IMG/VR virus record: IMGVR_UViG_3300032225_001145
Location: 32,001 to 96,000 of that record
Length of the DNA stretch: 64,000 bases
Source of the DNA: a virus
Lineage: Duplodnaviria; Caudoviricetes
Strand: one strand, 5' to 3'
Shown one piece after another: positions 38,136 to 48,109 of this stretch (its first letter is position 1; every line of letters begins with the position of its first letter). A model generated the notes under the pieces. The model did no database searches. It saw nothing but the letters and a program-made list of their open reading frames with translations, and was not told the origin of the DNA. Made by a program: the position numbers and the translations under genes.

Positions 38136-38375
38136 ATGATTGAAATCAATTTTCATAGTTTTAGTATGGGTGATGTAGATGACCCCGAACTTTATGCGGC
38201 GTTTCCACTAGGCGAATTTATGGAAACCGAAAAAGGAAAGTGGATCAAATCTAATTGTTTGGATCCACGATATATTATTCGGCCAGACCCAGCTACCTAC
38301 GGCAATCGAGTATTTGTCTACGGCAAGGTTGATGAAAAACTAGCTACAGAATATTATTTAAAGTGGGCTAAATGA
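38136..38375 (+). CDS. Small hypothetical protein (L-K-W C-terminal family)
   Basis: Ends EYYLKWAK. Confidence 0.65.
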   Translation: MIEINFHSFSMGDVDDPELYAAFPLGEFMETEKGKWIKSNCLDPRYIIRPDPATYGNRVFVYGKVDEKLATEYYLKWAK

Positions 38376-39322
38376 AAATACTTGTAACTGGCGGCTTGGG
38401 ATTTATAGGACATAATGTAGTTCGTATACTCGAAAGCTTCCGCCACGACTGTGCTATTATAGACAATCAAACAGACTATGGCATTATACCTAAAAGCGAA
38501 TTAGATTATCTAATGACCGAACGACTATGTAGAATTCAAACTCGCGATATTGCTATAGCAGATATTTCTAAACCATTTGATGGCAGTATATTTGAAGGGG
38601 TAGATGTTGTTATACATTTGGCTAGTTTTCCTAGACAAAAAGTAGTTAATAAAAATCCTACTCTGGGCAGTAGAATAATGATCGAAGGATTACTAAATTT
38701 ATTAGAACTGAGCGTCAAACATAAAGTAAAGAAATTTGTTTATGTTAGTAGCAGCATGGTGTATGGCAATTTTAATAGACAGGCTATGTATGATGGTATT
38801 GACGAAAGTAGTGACTGCAAACCTATAGGCCAATATGGTATTATGAAGTTAGCTGGAGAATGGCTAGTACAAGATTATAGTAGACAACATAGATTAGATT
38901 ACACTATTGTCCGTCCTAGCGCAGTATACGGACCATATGACGTCGAAGATAGAGTAATTAGCAAGTTTTTGACACAAGCTATACGAGGTGAAGAATTAAC
39001 AGTCAACGGCATCGACGATGCATTAGATTTTACTTATATCGACGATGCCGCTATGGGCATAGCTTTATCTGCTATTAGTGATGATACAAAAAATACTATC
39101 TATAATATAGCTCGAGGAAAATCACATACCTTAGCAGAGGCCGCAAATTTAATAGTTGATATGGTGGGGAAGGGCTCTGTGTGTGTTAAAAATCGAGATA
39201 CATCGTTCCCAATTCGCGGGCAATTAAACATTATGCGAGCTAAAACAGATTTTGGTTATTACCCCACAGTTGATTTAGTTAACGGATTAAAAGAATACTA
39301 TGACTGGCTTCAACGTGCTTGA
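38372..39322 (+). CDS. NAD-dependent epimerase/dehydratase
   Basis: TGGLGFIG, SSSMVYG, YGIMK, RPSAVYGP, DFTYIDD. Confidence 0.92.
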   Translation: MKILVTGGLGFIGHNVVRILESFRHDCAIIDNQTDYGIIPKSELDYLMTERLCRIQTRDIAIADISKPFDGSIFEGVDVVIHLASFPRQKVVNKNPTLGSRIMIEGLLNLLELSVKHKVKKFVYVSSSMVYGNFNRQAMYDGIDESSDCKPIGQYGIMKLAGEWLVQDYSRQHRLDYTIVRPSAVYGPYDVEDRVISKFLTQAIRGEELTVNGIDDALDFTYIDDAAMGIALSAISDDTKNTIYNIARGKSHTLAEAANLIVDMVGKGSVCVKNRDTSFPIRGQLNIMRAKTDFGYYPTVDLVNGLKEYYDWLQRA

Positions 39323-40511
39323 TGTTTATCAAATCCCCAAAGAAGAAGTTGAAAAAATTGAATGGCAAGGTGATTATAAAGATTACGATTATAATCTTTT
39401 TAGGTTGGGAACCGGACATAAAGAATTTATAATAGTTAATCCAGCTTTTGAAAATTATAAAATTAAATCAATTCCATACGATAGTAATCGCTGTATTGTA
39501 TGGAAATATAAAAATCAATGGATAGCAAAATATTTTAATGCGTTATGGGATATAGAAAAACGCTATGCTGAAATTGAAGTCGAAATTGATTTTGAAGTTG
39601 AATGGATTAGAAATCCTGAAATAGACTCTATAATAGTTTTTGAAAATGATCCTACCGTAAACGCCGTGTACGATTTATACGATTTGAATTACGAAATGGT
39701 ATGGTATGTAGATCCTAAATTAACCGATAATAGAATTTGGGCATTCAAAGGAAAATTAAAAGATTATAAGATAGTGGGTACCAAAGATATGGGATATGTT
39801 TCCATAACTGGATCGAATCAACTAGACGTTATTTTTATTAGTTACAATGAACCTAATGCTGAAAAAAATTGGCTAAGAGTTTTAGAAAAATCGCCTAAAG
39901 CATTTCGTGTCAACGGTATAACAGGAATTGTTAACGCTCATAAATGCGCAGCTGAACTTGCTACTACAGATATGTTTTATGTTATTGACGGCGATGCCTA
40001 TCTAACAGATGACTGGAGTTTTGAATATCAACCTAGTATATTTGATCGAGATTGTGTACATGTTTGGCGCAGTCGTAATCCTGTTAATGATTTAGAATAC
40101 GGATACGGCGGAGTTAAATTATTGCCAAGACAATTAACTTTGGATGTAGATCCAAATTGTGTAGACATGACTACTAGTATCAGCTCTAGATTTAAACCTA
40201 TGAATAAAGTAAGCAATATTACTGAGTTTAATACCAACGAATTTAATACTTTTCGTAGTGCCTTTAGAGAATGTGCTAAACTATCTAGCAATATTTTAAA
40301 AAGGCAACTAGCTCGAGAAAGCAGTAAAAGACTTAATATTTGGTGTACTGTCGGAGACGATAAGCCCTTCGGTGAGTGGGCAATAAAAGGCGCCAATGCC
40401 GGCAAAGAGTTTGGGTGCGATAATCAAAAAAATCTTACCGCTTTACAAAAAATAAATGATGACGAATTTATACAAAAACAATTTGCTATAAGTCAAAAAT
40501 TAATTTCTTAA
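39300..40511 (+). CDS. Glycosyltransferase-like protein (paralog of 50685-51617)
   Basis: DVIFISYNEPNA, AHK, IDGD, YGYGGV, FRSAFRE. Confidence 0.65.
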   Translation: MTGFNVLDVYQIPKEEVEKIEWQGDYKDYDYNLFRLGTGHKEFIIVNPAFENYKIKSIPYDSNRCIVWKYKNQWIAKYFNALWDIEKRYAEIEVEIDFEVEWIRNPEIDSIIVFENDPTVNAVYDLYDLNYEMVWYVDPKLTDNRIWAFKGKLKDYKIVGTKDMGYVSITGSNQLDVIFISYNEPNAEKNWLRVLEKSPKAFRVNGITGIVNAHKCAAELATTDMFYVIDGDAYLTDDWSFEYQPSIFDRDCVHVWRSRNPVNDLEYGYGGVKLLPRQLTLDVDPNCVDMTTSISSRFKPMNKVSNITEFNTNEFNTFRSAFRECAKLSSNILKRQLARESSKRLNIWCTVGDDKPFGEWAIKGANAGKEFGCDNQKNLTALQKINDDEFIQKQFAISQKLIS

Positions 40512-41100
40512 CATCATCAAAATATATATCATTGTTTATAAGTCTAAGCGTTAATATTTTCCGACTATTATCTAGGCTTTTATTATAAAAAGTATGATAG
40601 ATATCTACATTTATAAGTACTGCTTCGTTAGGCTGTGCGACTAAAGTTTTTACTTGAGGATATTCTGCAGCGTTGCGCCAATCTCTTAAAATATTTCTTG
40701 TAGTAATACCAGTAATATGCTCAGTACTATTACTACTAACAGGCCAATCTTTAAACTGTTCATCATTGTACCAACCAGTTATACATTTATCATCTAATAT
40801 CTGTAAAGGAATGTTAATACTTACTCGGTTGTCGTAGCCATCTTTATGTATACCGGCTCCGCCGTCGGGCCATGTATTAAATATCCAAAATCTATTCAAT
40901 TTTAAAGGAGTAATATCTTTAAATGGCAATTTTTCATTAATTGATATTGCTGTGTCTCGAGAAAGATATTCGGTTTGATACCCGGCGGCTTTTACTATGT
41001 TCGCTAAAGGTTGCTTAGATACAAAGTCAATTATATCTGATAGTCCGTCCCATTTAAATCTTATATAATAAGGACTACAGTCTTCTATAATGGTATACAT
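40486..41100 (-). CDS. Putative Fe(II)/2OG-type oxygenase
   Basis: MYTIIEDCSPYYIRF; IHKD...YHTF...RKILTLR. Confidence 0.65.
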   Translation of the reverse strand: MYTIIEDCSPYYIRFKWDGLSDIIDFVSKQPLANIVKAAGYQTEYLSRDTAISINEKLPFKDITPLKLNRFWIFNTWPDGGAGIHKDGYDNRVSINIPLQILDDKCITGWYNDEQFKDWPVSSNSTEHITGITTRNILRDWRNAAEYPQVKTLVAQPNEAVLINVDIYHTFYNKSLDNSRKILTLRLINNDIYFDDVKKLIFDL

Positions 41101-41115
41101 TTTATTAAATATTCT

Positions 41116-41727
41116 TTATTCTAATATTGCGTCAAAAATACAAACTATTCTGTCAACTGCTGTTTCATTTGTTATACTGTGTGGCACATGGTTATTAATC
41201 CAGTATAATTTACCCAATTCCAACTCAATGACTTCTTCTCTTACTATGAGCGAAGAACTTTTATCACAACTTATTATATATTGAAAACGATCATGTATTT
41301 CATAATAATTTCCTGAATCAATATGAGATTTTACACTTCCGCCCGCAAACAATCTACTTATCATAATTCTACCTAATAATATATTAGAGACTCCTTTTTC
41401 TATTAATGACCTTGTAAACCAGTCTACTAGTTCTTGGAAGATGGGATGCAAGTCGTACTCAGACATATTTGTAGCTGGCAGGAAATCGTTCCATTCTTTG
41501 TCAGTAACCGGCTTCGGTAGACCAGCGTTTAAATCAATATATCTTAAAAAAATTGCTTCGGTATCGCGCAAATATTTGTTTGTACGTTGTCTGCCAGTTC
41601 TTAATTTCCACCATTTTTCATTTTCAGAATTGTTTAACACATCTGTTAATCTTTTAGCAAGGTCTTGATTCTCGTTAATAAACAGGTAATTACTTTCCAC
41701 TGGTGCTAATTTAAAAGGTGAAAACAT
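41116..41727 (-). CDS. Aspartyl/asparaginyl beta-hydroxylase-like oxygenase
   Basis: RIMISRL, SHIDSG, WINNHVPHSITN, DRIVCIFD. Confidence 0.8.
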   Translation of the reverse strand: MFSPFKLAPVESNYLFINENQDLAKRLTDVLNNSENEKWWKLRTGRQRTNKYLRDTEAIFLRYIDLNAGLPKPVTDKEWNDFLPATNMSEYDLHPIFQELVDWFTRSLIEKGVSNILLGRIMISRLFAGGSVKSHIDSGNYYEIHDRFQYIISCDKSSSLIVREEVIELELGKLYWINNHVPHSITNETAVDRIVCIFDAILE

Positions 41728-41771
41728 ATAAAAATCTCCTACAGTATTTATACCATACTAAATATCACACC

Positions 41772-42962
41772 ATGAAAAATAATATTGGCTTTTATGTTGT
41801 CAACGGTGTTAGATATTCAAATAAAATACAAGCAATTTTAGAGGCCCAAAAAACTCTAGCAGATATTTCATGGGAATTTTATAACGATGAGTTCAATAAA
41901 ATAAATTGGCAAGAAGAACCTACTGCTAGTTTAGAAGAGCTATACAAAATTAGATGTCAACAAATACGCAACGAATATGATTACATAGTTGTTATGTGTA
42001 GCGGAGGAGCAGATAGCACTAATGTGATTAGAAGTTTTTTAAATAACAATATTCATGTTGACGAAATTGTAGGTGCTTGCCCTATGTCTGGTTTAAAGAA
42101 TTGGGATTGGGATGCCACTAATAAATCGGTATCTAATACCATCACTGAAACCAAATATGCTTTACTTCCATTAATGCATGAGATCGCTACAAAGTATCCA
42201 GCGACTAAAGTTACTCAGCTTGATTATTTCGAGTATATGACTGAATATAAAACCGACGAATGGCTTTATGAATGCCAAGACTGGGTCAATCCTGTCATAA
42301 ATGCTAAAGGTAAATTAGATAAACTAAAACATCTCGTAGCTTTGGCTGATCAAGGTAAGCGGATTGGTATAGTATGGGGAATAGACAAACCTATACTTAG
42401 ATATCGAGCAGGCGGATCAATGCTTACTATGATAACAGATATAGGCGTAAATAACGCTGTACAACCCTTTGAAACAAATTATCCAAATGTAGATCGTATT
42501 TTATTTTATTGGGGACCAGAGTTACCTTCTATGCTTGTAAAACAGAGTCACGTGCTTGCTCGACATATTCACAAGAAAGAAAATCATTGGCTAGCAAACA
42601 TAATAAAAGACCTAAGTACCAATAAATTTTGGGTTGACCATGCTAATAATTTACACAATGATTTTGATTGGGATTATACAAGAGCCTTTACTCCGTTTAT
42701 CTATCCAAATACTTATGATAAAAACACATTTCAATGTAGCAAATCTGCCCAGACATTTTTACCGCCTCAGCATGATTGGTTTAACATATTACACAAAAAT
42801 ACCTATATGCATCAAATGGTAGAAAGTGATTTTGCTTTATTTTATAAAAGTCTAAATCCTAAATATCTTAATTTTAAAAAAAATGGTTTTATAAAATTTG
42901 ATATTACATTTAATATCGGACACTACTCAAAATTTTTAGACATGCCTAATCTAATACAATAA
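41772..42962 (+). CDS. PP-loop ATPase-like protein
   Basis: MCSGGADSTN, GIDKP; start placed at 41772 after TAAATA. Confidence 0.7.
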   Translation: MKNNIGFYVVNGVRYSNKIQAILEAQKTLADISWEFYNDEFNKINWQEEPTASLEELYKIRCQQIRNEYDYIVVMCSGGADSTNVIRSFLNNNIHVDEIVGACPMSGLKNWDWDATNKSVSNTITETKYALLPLMHEIATKYPATKVTQLDYFEYMTEYKTDEWLYECQDWVNPVINAKGKLDKLKHLVALADQGKRIGIVWGIDKPILRYRAGGSMLTMITDIGVNNAVQPFETNYPNVDRILFYWGPELPSMLVKQSHVLARHIHKKENHWLANIIKDLSTNKFWVDHANNLHNDFDWDYTRAFTPFIYPNTYDKNTFQCSKSAQTFLPPQHDWFNILHKNTYMHQMVESDFALFYKSLNPKYLNFKKNGFIKFDITFNIGHYSKFLDMPNLIQ

Positions 42963-42975
42963 CAGATTAAAATGA

Positions 42976-43917
42976 TTAGTGTCCTTGTAAATTTTTGATC
43001 ATTTGTTTATAAGATAATGTGAACTCTGCATCACTAAAAGGAAATTGCTCTATAAGTTTTGCTTTTACAGATCGTTCTACAAATGCTAAATTTTCAAAAC
43101 CTGTATATTTTTTCCTGTCAGCGATATCAGATTCAGGATAATGTTTTTGATACAATGCGTGTTTAATATCAGCATTAGACGATAATGGATTTTCATTTTC
43201 TAATTTAGAATTTACCAATTCAAGAATAATAGGATCAGTGAGATACGCTAACATTTGCTCAGGCGTATATTGATGAAATCCTGGTACTCCTTTAATGCCC
43301 GAAAACATCCAATACTTATACCAAGACACAATTACTTCTCTTTCTCTAAACCACCACTCCCCAAATTGACCGTAAATGAACGGTTCTCCTTGGCCTAATA
43401 CTACAAAGCCGTCTAGTTGTTTTGCTAACCACATTGTACATGCTAACATAGGGCTACGAGTTTGACTAAGTGTTACTATTTCTTGGAATTCCGTTGAATC
43501 CCAAAAATCAATAGGATTTAAGATATATTCTTTTTTAGGAATGTTGTATTTTTCACAAAACATGTCAGCATATCTACATTCTTCGTAATTTAATATTTTA
43601 TCACTATTTTTAATTTTATATTTTAATACTGCAGCCACAAAAGGAACGTTAGCTTCAAGAAAACTTCTAGCGGCAACTTCACTATCTGCTCCACCTGATA
43701 ATAAAAGATAAATTGTTTCATTTTTCGCAGACTCTTGAATTAGCAAAGCCGCCCTCTTATTTGCTTTGTTAATTGATAAATTTTCAGAAGCTATTCCGTA
43801 CTCACATTGCCATTTTTGATTATCTCCGGTTCGCGGAACATACCACTGCCCATCGTATCCAAATTTAAAATGATTCATAAATGTATAGGCAGGCGAGATA
43901 TCACAATAAGTATTCAT
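42976..43917 (-). CDS. PP-loop ATPase-like protein (paralog of 46596-47513)
   Basis: LLSGGADSE, GQGEP, YTPE, KYTGFE. Confidence 0.7.
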   Translation of the reverse strand: MNTYCDISPAYTFMNHFKFGYDGQWYVPRTGDNQKWQCEYGIASENLSINKANKRAALLIQESAKNETIYLLLSGGADSEVAARSFLEANVPFVAAVLKYKIKNSDKILNYEECRYADMFCEKYNIPKKEYILNPIDFWDSTEFQEIVTLSQTRSPMLACTMWLAKQLDGFVVLGQGEPFIYGQFGEWWFREREVIVSWYKYWMFSGIKGVPGFHQYTPEQMLAYLTDPIILELVNSKLENENPLSSNADIKHALYQKHYPESDIADRKKYTGFENLAFVERSVKAKLIEQFPFSDAEFTLSYKQMIKNLQGH

Positions 43918-43963
43918 ATGAATTCTATTTATAAGCTGAACAGTATGGTACTAAATAATTTTA

Positions 43964-44779
43964 ATGAGGGAAATAATGATTGATTTTAAAAAATTTTATA
44001 ATGTTGTTTTTTATGACAGCAATATGAACTCTATTAATATAAAAGAAGCTACTCTAGAAATAGCCAGAACTTGCGATTTCGTGCCAAAGTATGATTTTAG
44101 TCAAGTACCAGATTTACCATTACATGAACTTGTTATTAAATTAATCAATGAACTCCCTGAAGGATTTACATTTGTAAAAACAAATCCTGATTTACTTAAT
44201 ATTTCACTCGAAAATATTTGCAAAAAAATTAGGCCTGATATAAAATTTATTGTACCTTATGGAAATCTAGAGAAAGAATGGTACGATTGGGCTGTGCCTA
44301 ATTTACTACTACATGAATCTAACCAAGCACATGAATTATATACTGTGTGTAAATTAGCAGACAAAGGCATACCAGCAGGATTAGTCGGACCATTTTTTGC
44401 ACTTCAAGATCGTGGAGTAATGTCAAAAAATACATCTGGTTTTAATGCTGTTGCTCCAAATTGGCAAATTGCAGACATCTATACCACCATACCAATTAGA
44501 CTATTAGCCGAATACCGTCCAGAAATTTTATATCCTAATTTTTGTTTATTATTATCAAAAGCATTTTTAAAATTTTTAGATGTTGATAATAATTGGAGGA
44601 TTTATAGATCGTTGACTGTAGATAGATTCTTCCCCGTTAATTTGGCATTTGCCTTAGATCCTATAGCTAATCATGATTTTAGAACAGTGGCTAGTCAGAT
44701 AGATTATCCAAGATATCCTGGAATAATAAAAAGAGAAAAATATGAGATGTATATACCAATTAGTACTATATTAACTTAA
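43964..44779 (+). CDS. Hypothetical protein
   Basis: 271-aa ORF, TAAATA-N6-ATG. Confidence 0.65.
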   Translation: MREIMIDFKKFYNVVFYDSNMNSINIKEATLEIARTCDFVPKYDFSQVPDLPLHELVIKLINELPEGFTFVKTNPDLLNISLENICKKIRPDIKFIVPYGNLEKEWYDWAVPNLLLHESNQAHELYTVCKLADKGIPAGLVGPFFALQDRGVMSKNTSGFNAVAPNWQIADIYTTIPIRLLAEYRPEILYPNFCLLLSKAFLKFLDVDNNWRIYRSLTVDRFFPVNLAFALDPIANHDFRTVASQIDYPRYPGIIKREKYEMYIPISTILT

Positions 44780-44875
44780 AATTTTATTTTTGCTGGGGTA
44801 TTCACTATTCTTAAAAATCTTAAAGGCTGTTAATGGCAAATAAGACTAAATAATTAATTAATAGGAGTTATTAAA

Positions 44876-45181
44876 ATGCCCGTGACCTTAACAAGTGCCT
44901 CTACTAAGCCAAGCAATGTAAAATGGTTTCCGTATAGTTCTGATGATAATCAGTTACTAATTAATAATCTAAACAAATGGACTAAAGCACAACCTGGTTT
45001 TATTAGCCAAACATCAGAAAATCTTTCAGCCGATGCCAGCAATACAACATATATTTGGGATAGCATAGAAAATTATGCAGCGTGGTATACAGCTCGTGAA
45101 AAGCGTCCAGAACAGATAGCTAGAGCAGCATACAATAGTACAAACAACATCATTTCTACATTAAATGAAACGATTAGCTAA
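44876..45181 (+). CDS. Small hypothetical protein (possible dimeric alpha/beta barrel)
   Basis: AGGAG RBS; PGFIS...YIWDSIENY pattern. Confidence 0.6.
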   Translation: MPVTLTSASTKPSNVKWFPYSSDDNQLLINNLNKWTKAQPGFISQTSENLSADASNTTYIWDSIENYAAWYTAREKRPEQIARAAYNSTNNIISTLNETIS

Positions 45182-45751
45182 TTTAAAATTTTTCATATTA
45201 TTGTGCCAAACTATTTGTCCATTATCTGTTAGATAATGTAACATAACCCATTGTTTCATACTTTCTGGATCTTCTACATAGCAAGGTCCATTTAACGCAT
45301 ATTTTGTAGGTTCTAAGATAAATTCAGCATTACAATTAATTTTGATTAGTTTTGAATATTCTTCAAATCCCTTTAAGTTAAATGCCCTACTAATGAAGAC
45401 ACAATCTAATCCAATCAATTTTGCTTTTGCTAATTGTATAGGCAAGCAATAAGTTGTGTTAAGAAATTTAGCACCGCCAGTAAATTTTCCAGTATGCCTA
45501 TAGTCTGGGTGGATCCACATTCTTGTACTGACTCTACCAATTCCGTTACCCCACCAATTTGTATTGACTTGTAAGGCGCTAAAGCATATAATTATATTAT
45601 TGACTATCACTACAGGAAACGAGACAAAATTTCGTGGATCTATATCAATGTAATTATATTTTAAATCATCGGTTGTTGTTAACAAATATTGTTGAAATTG
45701 GTTCCATAATACCTCATCAAACAAGGTAGAAAAGTCAATAATTTTTATCAT
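45161..45751 (-). CDS. GNAT-like hypothetical protein
   Basis: RVSTRMWIHPDYR; LDCVFISR; start placed at 45751. Confidence 0.5.
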   Translation of the reverse strand: MIKIIDFSTLFDEVLWNQFQQYLLTTTDDLKYNYIDIDPRNFVSFPVVIVNNIIICFSALQVNTNWWGNGIGRVSTRMWIHPDYRHTGKFTGGAKFLNTTYCLPIQLAKAKLIGLDCVFISRAFNLKGFEEYSKLIKINCNAEFILEPTKYALNGPCYVEDPESMKQWVMLHYLTDNGQIVWHNNMKNFKLANRFI

Positions 45752-45777
45752 CGTGAAATATTTACTTAAATACATCC

Positions 45778-46599
45778 ATGCCTAAAACTAATTCCTTCCT
45801 TAACTATATCCTTTATCCTACCCATGCTATTGCTTGGTTAGGTACAATCCTTTATTTGATATTTTTTGATTTTACTTGGGTTAATTTTTTACAAGTATTA
45901 ATTGGATGGATTATAATCGAAGGATTGGGCGTTGCAGTTATACTACACAGATATGTAAGCCATAGAGCCGTTGAATTACGCCCAGGATTAAAACCAATTT
46001 TACTTTGGATCAGCTGTTTGAGTTTACAAGGTAGTCCATTGGGTTGGGCCGCTGTACATCGCGGTAGTCATCATAGATATTCTGATACTGAAAAAGATGC
46101 TCATGCTCCTAGTAGAGGCAAATGGTATGCGTGGCATAGTTGGTTACACGATTGGGACGAATATTTTAATCCTAAGTATGCTATTGATCTTGTAAAGGAT
46201 CCTATGCACATGTGGTTTGCTAAAAATTATAATTGGATTATATTAGTTACTTACATCATAGTTGGGTTGATATCATGGCAGTTGTTATTATTTGGATTTA
46301 TTGTTCCTGCCGCAATAAGTTTGTATATGGAAAGTAATATCAATGTATTTTGCCATACACCAGGATACGGTTATAGAAACTTTGACACTAAAGACGATAG
46401 TCAAAATGTTCCGTTACTTGGGTGGATTACTTGGGGCCAAGGTTGGCATAATAATCATCATGCTAAAGCAAGTTCATACGATTTTGGAACATCGGTAAGC
46501 GGCAATAAAAAAGAATGGGATTTTAGCCTTATCTTTTTACCATTGATTGCTACTAAAGAAAGCAGAAAACAAATATTCGACGGACGCAAAGTTCAATGA
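45778..46599 (+). CDS. Membrane fatty-acid (acyl-CoA delta-9-like) desaturase
   Basis: Three His boxes HRYVSH, HRGSHH, HNNHH; YRNFDTKDDS; TM segments. Confidence 0.92.
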   Translation: MPKTNSFLNYILYPTHAIAWLGTILYLIFFDFTWVNFLQVLIGWIIIEGLGVAVILHRYVSHRAVELRPGLKPILLWISCLSLQGSPLGWAAVHRGSHHRYSDTEKDAHAPSRGKWYAWHSWLHDWDEYFNPKYAIDLVKDPMHMWFAKNYNWIILVTYIIVGLISWQLLLFGFIVPAAISLYMESNINVFCHTPGYGYRNFDTKDDSQNVPLLGWITWGQGWHNNHHAKASSYDFGTSVSGNKKEWDFSLIFLPLIATKESRKQIFDGRKVQ

Positions 46600-47513
46600 A
46601 TTTTACCTATCAAAATCATCTGAAATATTCTATAGATGGCAGAGAGTATGGTTATCGAGAAACTGAGATTGATAAATTTGAAGTTAGGCTAGGCGCGGTA
46701 GACCCTGATCAATATAGAACTAGTTCTTTTGAAAACGAACTTCATAGAACCGCCCAACTCATACAAGAAGATTTTGGCAAAGATTTGATTTTATTTTTAT
46801 CTGGTGGAACCGATAGCGAAATAGTATTGCGGAATTTTATTCATAATGGGTTTAAGCCTAGGTGTGCTATGATAGCATTTAAAAATGGACATAACGAAGG
46901 CGAAGTATACGAAGCTAAAGCAATAGCACACGAATTAGATGTAAAATTAGATATAATAGAGTTTGATGTTGAAGATTTTTTCTTTTCGGGAGAAGCTACA
47001 GAGTTCGGAGAAAAAATACAAAGTACACAAATAACTTATATCATGGTGTACAATCAGATTTTAAAATTAGGTGCTCCGGCAGTCATGGGAGGTGAGGCAG
47101 GACTTACCCGTTCTGTGAGTAAAGACGGTAGTTTTTGGTATTATGCGTTTAGAGAAAACGAAGATGCTAGCGCAATGCGCTTTAGTTTAAAATATAATAT
47201 TCCATTAGTTAATGAATATTTTAGTTATACTCCCGAGTTACTACTATATTACTTAGAATCAGACGGTGTAAAAAGTTTAGTTACAGAAAAATACAATTAT
47301 AAATTAACTGCAGCTTCATCTAAAAATAAAATTTTAGCAACATTATATCCTAACTTTAGAAGAAAACCAAAAAGACATGGTTTTGAAAGTCTTATTGCAT
47401 TTAATGGACAAGCCTACGACCATATTGGGTTTAATCAGATTAAACGATTAGAACCTAGCCTAGACGGTATACCATATGAACAAGCTGTGAAACAACTAAG
47501 AGGCGAAGAATGA
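46596..47513 (+). CDS. PP-loop ATPase-like protein
   Basis: FLSGGTDSE, MGGE, YTPE, KRHGFE. Confidence 0.7.
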   Translation: MNFTYQNHLKYSIDGREYGYRETEIDKFEVRLGAVDPDQYRTSSFENELHRTAQLIQEDFGKDLILFLSGGTDSEIVLRNFIHNGFKPRCAMIAFKNGHNEGEVYEAKAIAHELDVKLDIIEFDVEDFFFSGEATEFGEKIQSTQITYIMVYNQILKLGAPAVMGGEAGLTRSVSKDGSFWYYAFRENEDASAMRFSLKYNIPLVNEYFSYTPELLLYYLESDGVKSLVTEKYNYKLTAASSKNKILATLYPNFRRKPKRHGFESLIAFNGQAYDHIGFNQIKRLEPSLDGIPYEQAVKQLRGEE

Positions 47514-48109
47514 AAATTATAGAACTAAATCAATCCCACATGGGAAAAACTCAACATTTGTTTAAATCTAAAAATTTTATGGGTACAGATGTACAAACAA
47601 GTTATTTCGTTCCCACTGAACATAATCCCATGGGTGCCATTTACTATAGCGCCTTCCAACGTACTTACCTTACTGGGTTAGCAAGTTACAAGGCTCTTGG
47701 ATTAGAAGATGACGAAGGCAATATTGTAGGTTACATATCTTTTTATTTAAGTCCAAATGAACCAGTTTGGTATGGCACTATGATTCGTTCAGCTCGGAAT
47801 AAAGAATATGTACGACAATTATTAGATGCTGCTATGGAATACAATGAAAAATTAGGGCGTTATAAATTTTATACATTATGGTCCGCAAAACATGCTAAAT
47901 TATTAAGACGATTTGCTTTTAGTAGCGAAGCTACACAACGCTATGATCATTTTGACGAATGCTTAATTCCTGCTAAAACTAAATGTATCTATCAAAATTA
48001 TTGGACTATATTATTCAGTCGCATTTTATTACCAACAGATACTATTGTAAGGTGTACCTATCTAAAACGCGAATATAGGAAAGATATTCCTATTGGCGGT
48101 TTTTTATAA
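47510..48109 (+). CDS. GNAT-like hypothetical protein
   Basis: IVGYISFY...WY...RQLLDAAMEY pattern. Confidence 0.45.
   Translation: MKIIELNQSHMGKTQHLFKSKNFMGTDVQTSYFVPTEHNPMGAIYYSAFQRTYLTGLASYKALGLEDDEGNIVGYISFYLSPNEPVWYGTMIRSARNKEYVRQLLDAAMEYNEKLGRYKFYTLWSAKHAKLLRRFAFSSEATQRYDHFDECLIPAKTKCIYQNYWTILFSRILLPTDTIVRCTYLKREYRKDIPIGGFL

Noticed and set aside
24771-47513. PP-loop proteins as lasso-peptide cyclases
   Set aside because: No precursor peptide, RRE or transglutaminase-like peptidase seen; kept only as a weak alternative
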